DNA of 46,904 bases, taken from positions 1 to 46,904 of IMG/VR virus record IMGVR_UViG_3300037991_001826; one strand, 5' to 3'. Source of the stretch: a virus. Its lineage: Duplodnaviria > Caudoviricetes. The position numbers were made by a program, and so were the translations under genes. The notes under the pieces are model-generated. The model did no database searches. It was not told the DNA's origin and saw only the letters and a program-made list of their open reading frames with translations. This document shows, in pieces, positions 25,274 to 33,240 of this stretch. The stretch's first letter is position 1; every line of letters begins with the position of its first letter.

Positions 25274-28172
25274 GTTTATATGATTTAGTTGTATATTGTC
25301 CTTCCCACTGATACGACAGCATTGTTGCTGGTGATGGGTGTTCTGAGGACACAGTAAGTTTTAAGTTCTTATTTCTTTCGTAAGTTGGTATAGTTTCTAC
25401 ATCTTCAGCTAAGAAGGTAGGAGAGTTAGCTGTCTGTTGGTTAGCTCTATTTACTTCTCTTTCTTCACTGTATTGTGGTTTACCATCTCTATCTAAAGTA
25501 AGTTTATAAATTCCTATATCGCCAAAACTAAATTTAACTCTATGTACTATTAGATCAGCTCTTGTATCAGATCTAAAGTCTTCTCCATCTTTGTATCCAA
25601 AAAATATTGTAGGTAACTCGACTTGCATATTAAACAAGTAACCAATAATAAATGTTTCTCCTGACCAGTCACCATCTAGTACTAGGTTCGATCCACTGAC
25701 TGTTATTTTTGCATATCTACCTAAGTTGTTATTCGCAGTATCAACGTCGTAAGCAACTAATTGATTTGTACTTTCTAAGCCAGTAGGTTTAGGGAATGTA
25801 GTTTTACCAGTAGTGGAATTATAAGTATTACCAGCCGTGGTCACTGACATTGCATGATCTAAGTGAACAGTAAATGTATCTCCAGAAGTTACATAAGTAC
25901 CATCAGTATCCTGTTTTATTGAATACTTTAGTAATTGATCTTTGTTGTTATTTCTCACTACTACATGTAATGCGTCATCTAGCATGCAGTGATAGACAAT
26001 ATTTCCAGTAACAGTCCAGTTAAACCATGCAGCTAAGATTCTTTTGTTTCCTGAGTCAAAATATCTATATGCAAATAACTTGTTAGTACCAACTTCACTA
26101 AAGAAAATAATGTTATTCTCTCTTGAGGCTGAAACTAAAGTTAGATTTTTATCTAATAATTGAGAAACTACTTGACTTTGATTAACAACTTTAGGTTCTC
26201 CTTCACGTCTAATATTAGACATTTCAAAGAATCTACTATTTTTTCCAGCGTTATCTAAGAAACCTACTGTGGTACCTAAAGATATTGGATTAGTTTTATG
26301 GTTGAAATTATAATTTGATAATGCATTAATTTTTGCAGTATTTGGATTTAATACGTCACTATCTGTTGTCAGCATAAATTGCTGATTTTTAGTAAATATG
26401 ACTAATCCTGAGTTAACTTGTATAGCATCAAAAACGGTAGCTGGAAATGTAGAACTACAGGATAAATCTATAGGATCACTGTTGGAAAATGTGGTTGCAG
26501 TTTTTGCAAAAAAATTAAAAAAATCTCCAGGTCTGGACATGATTATGTTTGCACCACTCAGCATAACTAAACGGTTTCTGAAGAAAACCATCTTGTTAAT
26601 AGATGCCCCCACAAAACTCGGACGAGGGTTTGTACCATCCTCAGCTGTAGTTCCTACAAGTGCTTCATCCCAAGCGACTGTAGATAAGGTAAATGTTGTT
26701 GCGTTAGTTCTGACTAATTGAAGTGGCATAGTGCCAGCATCAAAATTAATTTCTTCATCAGGTTTGACACACTCTTCCCATGTACCATTACCATCTTTCC
26801 CATTATTTCCTTCAAATCTTACGTAGTAATCATCTTTCTCATCAGCACTGTTTCTAACAAGTACTACCATTCCATGTTTACATTGTCTTGGTAAATCATC
26901 TACTACCAGTACACTTCCTGCTACAACGTTCATAAGCTCTGAGTTAGGAGCTGTCATATTGAAACTACCGGAAGGTCTAGTTATATAAATTCCATTACCT
27001 ATGATCTGTACATTCGAGCTGGTGAAATTACCTGTAGCTATGATCTCAGATCTTAAAGTACCCAATATAGATTCAGCAGTAACAGTAGTTTTGGTATCGA
27101 AGGATGTAGGGTTAGGTCTGATCAAACCAAGGTTTGCCTGTACGCTCGAAGTACTGGTTTCGTCGATAGTTATCTTGTAATAACCATCTTTCATATATAC
27201 ATAGAAATGATCACCAGTTTGCCAACCTTCACCGCCGTATAACATATCTACGTTGGTGGTATATCTAGTTCTGTACTCAACGTTAGATCCTGCCCCTACA
27301 GGTGTGGACTGACCAGTGGTAGTAATTCTGAAATATAGATTAGATCTTCCAGTCTGACCTCCTGTCCCAGATGCGTTATAAATATTTGCTTGATAAGAAA
27401 AATCAGTTCCTCCATCTGTAGAAATAGCATCGTTATCAACTAACGTAACTCCACTACCTACCTCAAATATTCTGGTACCAACGTTAGGAGCTAAGTCATC
27501 ATCATTAGGTGAAGCTGTAGAAGCATCACATCTAGTTGTGTTATTAACTCGAGCTGTATGACTTGCTATTGTTCCATCACTATTACAGTAATTATTGCTT
27601 GATCTAACTAGCTCTCCACTAAGTCTTGTACATGTACTGACGCTTTGGAAGTTTGTATTATCAAATATATTTAAGGAATATTGGGCAGCATATTTTATTT
27701 GATCTAACTCTAAATACACTTCCGGCGGTCTGACGGGTGACTTAGTAGAAGACATAGCTACAGTCTTTAACCTGTTTGTAAGAAACGTAAAGTCATTAAT
27801 AGTTAGAGTCTGTATATCTTCGTCATCACTGTGAGTCAGATAGTTAGCCATTGCTGTGGTAGAGCCAACAACATTCATTTCTGAACCGTCGCTGCATTTC
27901 CACATATTGATATCACCACTTCTACTAACTTGACCTATATATTGTTCTGCTTCATCTCTGTAGTAATGAAACCATTTACCATTTGTTTGGGAATTATTAG
28001 TTCCATCACTCAGTGATTTTATAAATTGACCAGAAGGACGTTTAAGCAAACCATGTGTTACATCAGGTAATACATTGTCTGCAACATTAAGCTGTCCTGG
28101 AATTTTGAGTTCATCTGGCTGTTGCGAGATTCCCCCAGTTAATGTTGGTACTAATTGTGTAACACTTGCCAT
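25266..28172 (-). CDS. Tail tubular protein B / nozzle (gp12)
   Basis: GGISQQPD N-terminus, PSFVG..I..FFRNRL. Confidence 0.92.
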   Translation of the reverse strand: MASVTQLVPTLTGGISQQPDELKIPGQLNVADNVLPDVTHGLLKRPSGQFIKSLSDGTNNSQTNGKWFHYYRDEAEQYIGQVSRSGDINMWKCSDGSEMNVVGSTTAMANYLTHSDDEDIQTLTINDFTFLTNRLKTVAMSSTKSPVRPPEVYLELDQIKYAAQYSLNIFDNTNFQSVSTCTRLSGELVRSSNNYCNSDGTIASHTARVNNTTRCDASTASPNDDDLAPNVGTRIFEVGSGVTLVDNDAISTDGGTDFSYQANIYNASGTGGQTGRSNLYFRITTTGQSTPVGAGSNVEYRTRYTTNVDMLYGGEGWQTGDHFYVYMKDGYYKITIDETSTSSVQANLGLIRPNPTSFDTKTTVTAESILGTLRSEIIATGNFTSSNVQIIGNGIYITRPSGSFNMTAPNSELMNVVAGSVLVVDDLPRQCKHGMVVLVRNSADEKDDYYVRFEGNNGKDGNGTWEECVKPDEEINFDAGTMPLQLVRTNATTFTLSTVAWDEALVGTTAEDGTNPRPSFVGASINKMVFFRNRLVMLSGANIIMSRPGDFFNFFAKTATTFSNSDPIDLSCSSTFPATVFDAIQVNSGLVIFTKNQQFMLTTDSDVLNPNTAKINALSNYNFNHKTNPISLGTTVGFLDNAGKNSRFFEMSNIRREGEPKVVNQSQVVSQLLDKNLTLVSASRENNIIFFSEVGTNKLFAYRYFDSGNKRILAAWFNWTVTGNIVYHCMLDDALHVVVRNNNKDQLLKYSIKQDTDGTYVTSGDTFTVHLDHAMSVTTAGNTYNSTTGKTTFPKPTGLESTNQLVAYDVDTANNNLGRYAKITVSGSNLVLDGDWSGETFIIGYLFNMQVELPTIFFGYKDGEDFRSDTRADLIVHRVKFSFGDIGIYKLTLDRDGKPQYSEEREVNRANQQTANSPTFLAEDVETIPTYERNKNLKLTVSSEHPSPATMLSYQWEGQYTTKSYKRV

Positions 28173-28780
28173 TATCTAATTAAGGATTTGTATGGTTGAT
28201 AGGATCTGTAGACACTATTCTTCGGCCAACCAAGGAAGGAGTGATCTCCTTGCTGTGTTTCATATTCCATTAAGGAAGCACGAGCTAAGGCTTCTTGTTG
28301 TTGTAATAGTTTTACTAAATTTGGATTTGTAACTAGCTGAGTAGCTGCTCTAGTAGAGGAACGAGCGATAATATATCTCTGAAAAACTGAAGGTACATCT
28401 TCAAAGTTATATAGATAAACAACGTCTAATTCCATGTCATGGTCAAAGACATCTGTGTGATTTACCTTGTCATATAATTTGCCGTTTCTTTTTACAACAT
28501 CCATATGCCTATCAACTTGACCTTCATTAATGTCGTAACGTAAATAGTCTTTTGGTATGGTTATATTTCCATTTGCATCTGGACTGATTTTTACATGTTC
28601 TTCTGTATTAAAGTGCCAGCCTTCGTTTAAAAGATCTTTAGTTACTTCAGTTAAAATATTATGAATAAATGAAATTTCTGGATTTTGAAAATTAAGAGTG
28701 GTTATAGGTGATTGACCTATGCTACCCAAGATAGAATTAACTGCGGATAGTTCGGTATCGGTTGCTATTGGAGTAGTCAT
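28172..28780 (-). CDS. Tail tubular protein A / adaptor (gp11)
   Basis: TELSAVNSILGSIGQSP...EGWHFN. Confidence 0.92.
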   Translation of the reverse strand: MTTPIATDTELSAVNSILGSIGQSPITTLNFQNPEISFIHNILTEVTKDLLNEGWHFNTEEHVKISPDANGNITIPKDYLRYDINEGQVDRHMDVVKRNGKLYDKVNHTDVFDHDMELDVVYLYNFEDVPSVFQRYIIARSSTRAATQLVTNPNLVKLLQQQEALARASLMEYETQQGDHSFLGWPKNSVYRSYQPYKSLIR

Positions 28781-28784
28781 AGAT

Positions 28785-28809
28785 AAAAAAAAAGGGAGCC
28801 GAAGCTCCC
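28785..28809 (-). terminator. T-phi-like terminator after the capsid gene
   Basis: GGGAGC-TTCG-GCTCCC followed by 9 T. Confidence 0.9.
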
Positions 28810-28824
28810 GATAAAATGAATAAA

Positions 28825-29949
28825 TTAGAATGCAGAAGGAGCTGTAGCACCAACATATAATTCTACTGCGGCAGCAGGATTTAAGTAATCCGCCCCCATA
28901 GCTAGACGTCCCAGAATGACATCACCTTGGTATACCACGGATATGTCTCCGCTTGTTACCTGTACTTGAGGACCAATAGCCTCAACTACACCAGCAGCTT
29001 CCTTCTGGAAGATTAATCCACAAGACTTAGCTCCTACTTCAGCAGTAGTACCGTAGTCATTGTTGATTCCTGTTGATGCACCTGATGCGTTCTCAAGTGT
29101 GTTACCAATTCTGTCGCCCATGTTAGATGGTGAAGTCTTACCTGTAGTTCCGCCAAATGCAGTACCATATTTGCCTAAGAAAGGAATATTCATAGACTTA
29201 TAAATGTGGATACCAGCGATCTCTACAACTCCATTACCACCTTGTAGTGCAGTACCTTGCACGTCTCTATTAACAAGACCATTATTACCAATATCAGTTA
29301 TGAGGGAATAATATTGTCTTGGGTTGAGGACCGCGCATCTACCTTGGGAACTCACTCCTTTTTCGTCTAGAGCAGCAGCTGCATCATAGAATGCATTTAC
29401 TAGGTTGCTCGCAACGTAAGCGTCAGAATCATTAGTTGTAGAACCAACTCTGATCTGTGTTCCGCCAGGTTCTTTGAAGTTATTCTTTGTGATTGGAGAA
29501 GCACTTCTAGCTCCTCTTGTGATTGCTCTAAAGATTAGGCGATCATACTTCTCTGCAAGAGCGTAACCGATCTTACGAGAGATCTCTCCTCTCAACTCGA
29601 AGTGCGCTAGTGTTTCATCTAGCTCATACACGAAGGCACTTGAAATTAATAGGTCGTCAACAGTTATAGTTTTTTCTGCGACTGGAGGTGCGCCGTCACT
29701 GTTACCTAAGATTGAATTTCCAGGGGTATGGAACTCAGCAGTTGTACTACCGGTGTAGATGAACTGAAGACTCTTACCGTTCTTCAATGTTCTCTTCATA
29801 ACCAAGTCACGAGCGATTGCTTCGTGCTGGAAACCCTTAAACATCTCGCCTGAGAACAGACGAAGGTAAAGTGCTCTAGCGTCACCTGTTGAGTTTGACT
29901 GACCTTGACGTGTAAGTGAGGTAGTCAAATCTGATGACTGATGAGCCAT
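28825..29949 (-). CDS. Major capsid protein (gp10)
   Basis: ALYLRLFSGE...RTLKNGKSLQF, TITVDDLL. Confidence 0.96.
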   Translation of the reverse strand: MAHQSSDLTTSLTRQGQSNSTGDARALYLRLFSGEMFKGFQHEAIARDLVMKRTLKNGKSLQFIYTGSTTAEFHTPGNSILGNSDGAPPVAEKTITVDDLLISSAFVYELDETLAHFELRGEISRKIGYALAEKYDRLIFRAITRGARSASPITKNNFKEPGGTQIRVGSTTNDSDAYVASNLVNAFYDAAAALDEKGVSSQGRCAVLNPRQYYSLITDIGNNGLVNRDVQGTALQGGNGVVEIAGIHIYKSMNIPFLGKYGTAFGGTTGKTSPSNMGDRIGNTLENASGASTGINNDYGTTAEVGAKSCGLIFQKEAAGVVEAIGPQVQVTSGDISVVYQGDVILGRLAMGADYLNPAAAVELYVGATAPSAF

Positions 29950-30092
29950 GATATTTGCTTAAAATGTAAAGGTATATTTGCTTGTCTCTTCGATCGAAAA
30001 GTTGTGAGTCTTAATTGGACTCGTTTATATTGTGGTCTATCCCACCGTCTAGACGGCTGATGAGTATCCGCGTACGGGTCAAAAGCCAAATT

Positions 30093-30137
30093 GAATAGGG
30101 AGGACTTGCACCTCCCAGATCGCTTAACCGATTATTC
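30093..30137 (-). other. tRNA-like element D
   Basis: Minus strand: GAATA-(ATCG GTTAAG CGAT CT)-GGGAGG-TGCAAGT-CCTCCC-TATTC. Confidence 0.55.
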
Positions 30138-30180
30138 TTGTGTAAGCAACGCCACGATATACGAAAGTAACTTTCTTCAT
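30124..30180 (-). CDS. 18-aa YRG peptide (DUF4278-like), MKKVTFVYRGVAYTRIIG
   Basis: GGAG 6 nt before ATG; YRGVxY motif; directly follows the riboswitch. Confidence 0.8.
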   Translation of the reverse strand: MKKVTFVYRGVAYTRIIG

Positions 30181-30195
30181 GGTTATCTCCATATA

Positions 30196-30247
30196 CCTAA
30201 GCCCCGTTCCATGCTTAGGAGTCATGCGTCCCCGAGGGGATGAACGG
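30196..30247 (-). ncRNA. Glutamine-II riboswitch (Downstream-peptide motif)
   Basis: CCGUUCA-UCCCC UCG GGGA-CGCA...CCUAAGC-AU-GGAACGG-G-GCUUAGG: P1, P2 and pseudoknot pairings are present, and a YRG peptide follows. Confidence 0.8.
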
Positions 30248-30253
30248 ACGTGG

Positions 30254-30736
30254 CTAAAAATAATTCACATTACATATAACTCTTCGGTGTGCATCGCTAG
30301 TAGTCGTACTATGATGCAACTTTGATGGGTCATGTATTAGTACACGATTTGCTACCGAAGAAACTTTTTCTCCTTCGCAATACGTATAACCATCACAAGT
30401 GTTTAAATATAAAATCGCACCCTTATGTGAATAATGAAAATCAACATGATCTTCATGGATTTTTAATTTAGGAGTGTAAGGATACATATTAAGAATCACT
30501 CTTATCAGTGATTTCATGCCAAGGTTTTTCAGTAGAGGAGCAACTACTTCAATTACATTTGAAATTGGTACGTGATTTTCATAAGCCAAATGACTGTGCA
30601 TGTAATTATCAAGTGCGTGTTTATCAGTTACGTCTGCAACTGAAGGTATGAAATACCAAGGCATATCAGAACTCATTATGTACTTACTAAGTCCTTCAAA
30701 TATTTCGGGCGGTAAAAAATTATCTATGACTCGCAT
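30254..30736 (-). CDS. 2OG-Fe(II) oxygenase
   Basis: HVD...AILYLNTCDGYT...HHST...RRVICNVNY. Confidence 0.8.
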   Translation of the reverse strand: MRVIDNFLPPEIFEGLSKYIMSSDMPWYFIPSVADVTDKHALDNYMHSHLAYENHVPISNVIEVVAPLLKNLGMKSLIRVILNMYPYTPKLKIHEDHVDFHYSHKGAILYLNTCDGYTYCEGEKVSSVANRVLIHDPSKLHHSTTTSDAHRRVICNVNYF

Positions 30737-30738
30737 CG

Positions 30739-31050
30739 TTAATAAGAAGGATCTCCTTCTGGCTCCTTTAATTTTTCTCCAGTTAGAGCTTCTTCTAACG
30801 ATTCGTATTCTTCTTCTTTAGTCTCAGGTTCAGGTGTAAACCAAGTGACCTGAGCTTTTGCTTTATTAGTTTGATGTGGCATGTTATTCCAATGACGTAT
30901 AACGCCTGAGATGATAAAACAATTAGTTATTAAATAACTGATGAAAATAAAAGTACGGGTGATAGCTATAACGTTGTCATAAGATTTAGTCTTATCATCG
31001 CTAAAGCTACCAAGAGCGTACTTCCATATAGTCCAAATTTTTTTAGCCAA
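30739..31050 (-). CDS. Membrane protein with acidic tail (possible two-gene fusion)
   Basis: [13 protein letters not shown] + TM segment, then internal MPHQT acidic segment. Confidence 0.6.
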   Translation of the reverse strand: MAKKIWTIWKYALGSFSDDKTKSYDNVIAITRTFIFISYLITNCFIISGVIRHWNNMPHQTNKAKAQVTWFTPEPETKEEEYESLEEALTGEKLKEPEGDPSY

Positions 31051-32122
31051 TTTGTGGGGCTGTTAATGCAACTTGTGTTGACTCAGCAGTAGCTAAATCA
31101 AGAGGGAAGTTGTGTGCATTCCTTTCGTGCATAACCTCAAAGCCAAGGTTCTGTCTGTTAACAATGTCAGCCCATGTAGGGATAACTTTGCCATTAACAT
31201 CTACAACTGACTGATTGAAGTTGAAGCCGTTTAGGTTAAATGCCATTGTGCAAATACCCATGGATGTCAGCCATATGCCAACAACCGGCCAAGTACCAAG
31301 AAAGAAATGTAGAGCACGAGAATTATTGAAAGATGCATACTGAAAAATTAATCTACCGAAATAGCCATGAGCTGCAACGATGTTATATGTCTCTTCGTCT
31401 TGACCAAATTTATAGCCATAGTTCTGTGATACCTCGTCCGTTGTTTCTTTAACAATTGAAGATGTAACCAAACTTCCGTGCATAGCAGCGAACAAAGCTC
31501 CACCGAATACCCCAGCAACACCGAGCATGTGGAACGGATGCATAAGGATATTGTGTTCTGCTTGGAATACGAACATGAAGTTAAAAGTACCAGAAATACC
31601 AAGAGGCATACCATCACTGAAACTCCCTTGTCCGAAAGGGTATACAAGAAAAACCGCTAGAGCTGCTGACAATGGAGCTGTGTATGCCACAAAAATCCAA
31701 GGTCTCATACCTAGTCGGTAAGATAGTTCCCATTGTCTTCCAGCGTATGCTGCTACTCCTATTAAGAAGTGGAAGATAATAAGTTGATATGGACCACCGT
31801 TGTATAACCACTCATCTAAAGAGCCAGCTTCCCATATCGGATAAAAGTGCAGTCCTATTGCATTGGAGCTTGGAACTACTGCTCCAGATATAATATTGTT
31901 CCCGTACATTAACGAGCCGGAAACTGGCTCACGTATGCCATCTATATCTACAGGCGGTGCTGCGATGAAGGCGAGTATAAAACATGTAGTGGCTGTTAGT
32001 AAGCAAGGGATCATAAGCACACCGAACCATCCCACATAGAGACGGTTGTTGGTGCTTGTTACCCATTCGCAAAACTTCTGCCAGTTACTGGATGCTTCTC
32101 TTGTTACTGAGATAGCTGCCAT
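31043..32122 (-). CDS. psbA: Photosystem II D1 protein
   Basis: Full D1 sequence, from NRLYVGWFG to [13 protein letters not shown]. Confidence 0.99.
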   Translation of the reverse strand: MAAISVTREASSNWQKFCEWVTSTNNRLYVGWFGVLMIPCLLTATTCFILAFIAAPPVDIDGIREPVSGSLMYGNNIISGAVVPSSNAIGLHFYPIWEAGSLDEWLYNGGPYQLIIFHFLIGVAAYAGRQWELSYRLGMRPWIFVAYTAPLSAALAVFLVYPFGQGSFSDGMPLGISGTFNFMFVFQAEHNILMHPFHMLGVAGVFGGALFAAMHGSLVTSSIVKETTDEVSQNYGYKFGQDEETYNIVAAHGYFGRLIFQYASFNNSRALHFFLGTWPVVGIWLTSMGICTMAFNLNGFNFNQSVVDVNGKVIPTWADIVNRQNLGFEVMHERNAHNFPLDLATAESTQVALTAPQIG

Positions 32123-32317
32123 TTAAAAAACTCCAGGAATTATTTGTCCTGTTGTTGCGTATGCTCCTAGAGCTGCAACGATACCGAGCATTGCTGCCCA
32201 GCCATTAAATCTTTCTGCTTCTGGTGTCATTAGTTTTTGTTTTGGTAGAACCTGTATAGGAGGTTCATAAGGATAAATGTTTGTCAGTAGGTTTTCGTAT
32301 TGCTGTCTTTTACTCAT
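32123..32317 (-). CDS. hli: High-light inducible protein
   Basis: AERFNGWAAMLG...TGQIIPGVF. Confidence 0.95.
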   Translation of the reverse strand: MSKRQQYENLLTNIYPYEPPIQVLPKQKLMTPEAERFNGWAAMLGIVAALGAYATTGQIIPGVF

Positions 32318-32439
32318 GGTTTATATTCGGGACCTACTCCTGCTTGAACGCATTTCCCGTTTTTACGCACGAAACCAGAGGGACAAGGACGTAAGTGTTT
32401 AGTCTTTTTCCCAAGGGAAGTGTTTGGTTTTCTAGCCAT
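32314..32439 (-). CDS. Small basic Cys peptide, 41 aa (…RPCPSGFVRKNGKCVQ…), absent from ORF track
   Basis: Manual translation; fills the scaffold-hli gap and has ATGA overlap with hli. Confidence 0.65.
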   Translation of the reverse strand: MARKPNTSLGKKTKHLRPCPSGFVRKNGKCVQAGVGPEYKP

Positions 32440-32442
32440 TAT

Positions 32443-33240
32443 TTAGAAATCTATATTGGATCTATCTAATTTCGATATGACGTCATCCCTATATGCAGGG
32501 TCAGTATCATAACGTGGGTCTCCTATAGCAGCTACTAATTCAGCTTGACTACGGAAAACATCGCCACTAGCTTTTGCTGGCTTACCTTGTAAGGTTGTAC
32601 CTTCAAATCCATTGGCATCGGAGTACTGAGATTTTAAACCAGCTACTGCTAACTTAATCATCTCTACATTTCCTGTCTGGACTACACCATCGAATGCTTC
32701 GATCTGTGATTTACCGAGGTTTTTACCAGCCCATGAAACTATCTCGTTGTATTGTTTCTCTCCCCCTACAGAGTTTTGTACTTGGTTAATTTGTGAGTCA
32801 GTCATCTCAACTTCCTGAGCCTGTTGTTGCTGAGGAGCATTCTTTAGTGACTGAACATACGCATTAACTAAGTCCTTACTACTCATAGATGAAAACTTCT
32901 CTATCGTTTCATCGGACAAAGTATTGTCATTGGCATAGTACTCAGCAGATGCATCAGTTATTAATGCCATGGCTGGGTTGTCTTCTGCCTTTGGTTCTTC
33001 TACTTCTTGGGTCTCGTCCCCTTGCCCTTCTTGTGATACGGCATCTTTGTCTCCTAGTTTCTTTTGTAGTTCAAGGTAAGCACTTTCAAGATCTTTTGTA
33101 TCTTTATACTTACCAGCTAATAAGCCTTCATGTTCGGCTTCTAATTGTTCCCCAACTTTCAGAGAGTCCTGCTCTTCTGGAGTCAGAACCTCTGTTTCTG
33201 GTTGGGCATCTGAAATTGTAAATGTGTTCTCTTCTGGCAT
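32443..33240 (-). CDS. Capsid scaffolding protein (gp9)
   Basis: LLAGKY...LESAYLELQKKLG, DPRYDTDPAYR. Confidence 0.9.
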   Translation of the reverse strand: MPEENTFTISDAQPETEVLTPEEQDSLKVGEQLEAEHEGLLAGKYKDTKDLESAYLELQKKLGDKDAVSQEGQGDETQEVEEPKAEDNPAMALITDASAEYYANDNTLSDETIEKFSSMSSKDLVNAYVQSLKNAPQQQQAQEVEMTDSQINQVQNSVGGEKQYNEIVSWAGKNLGKSQIEAFDGVVQTGNVEMIKLAVAGLKSQYSDANGFEGTTLQGKPAKASGDVFRSQAELVAAIGDPRYDTDPAYRDDVISKLDRSNIDF

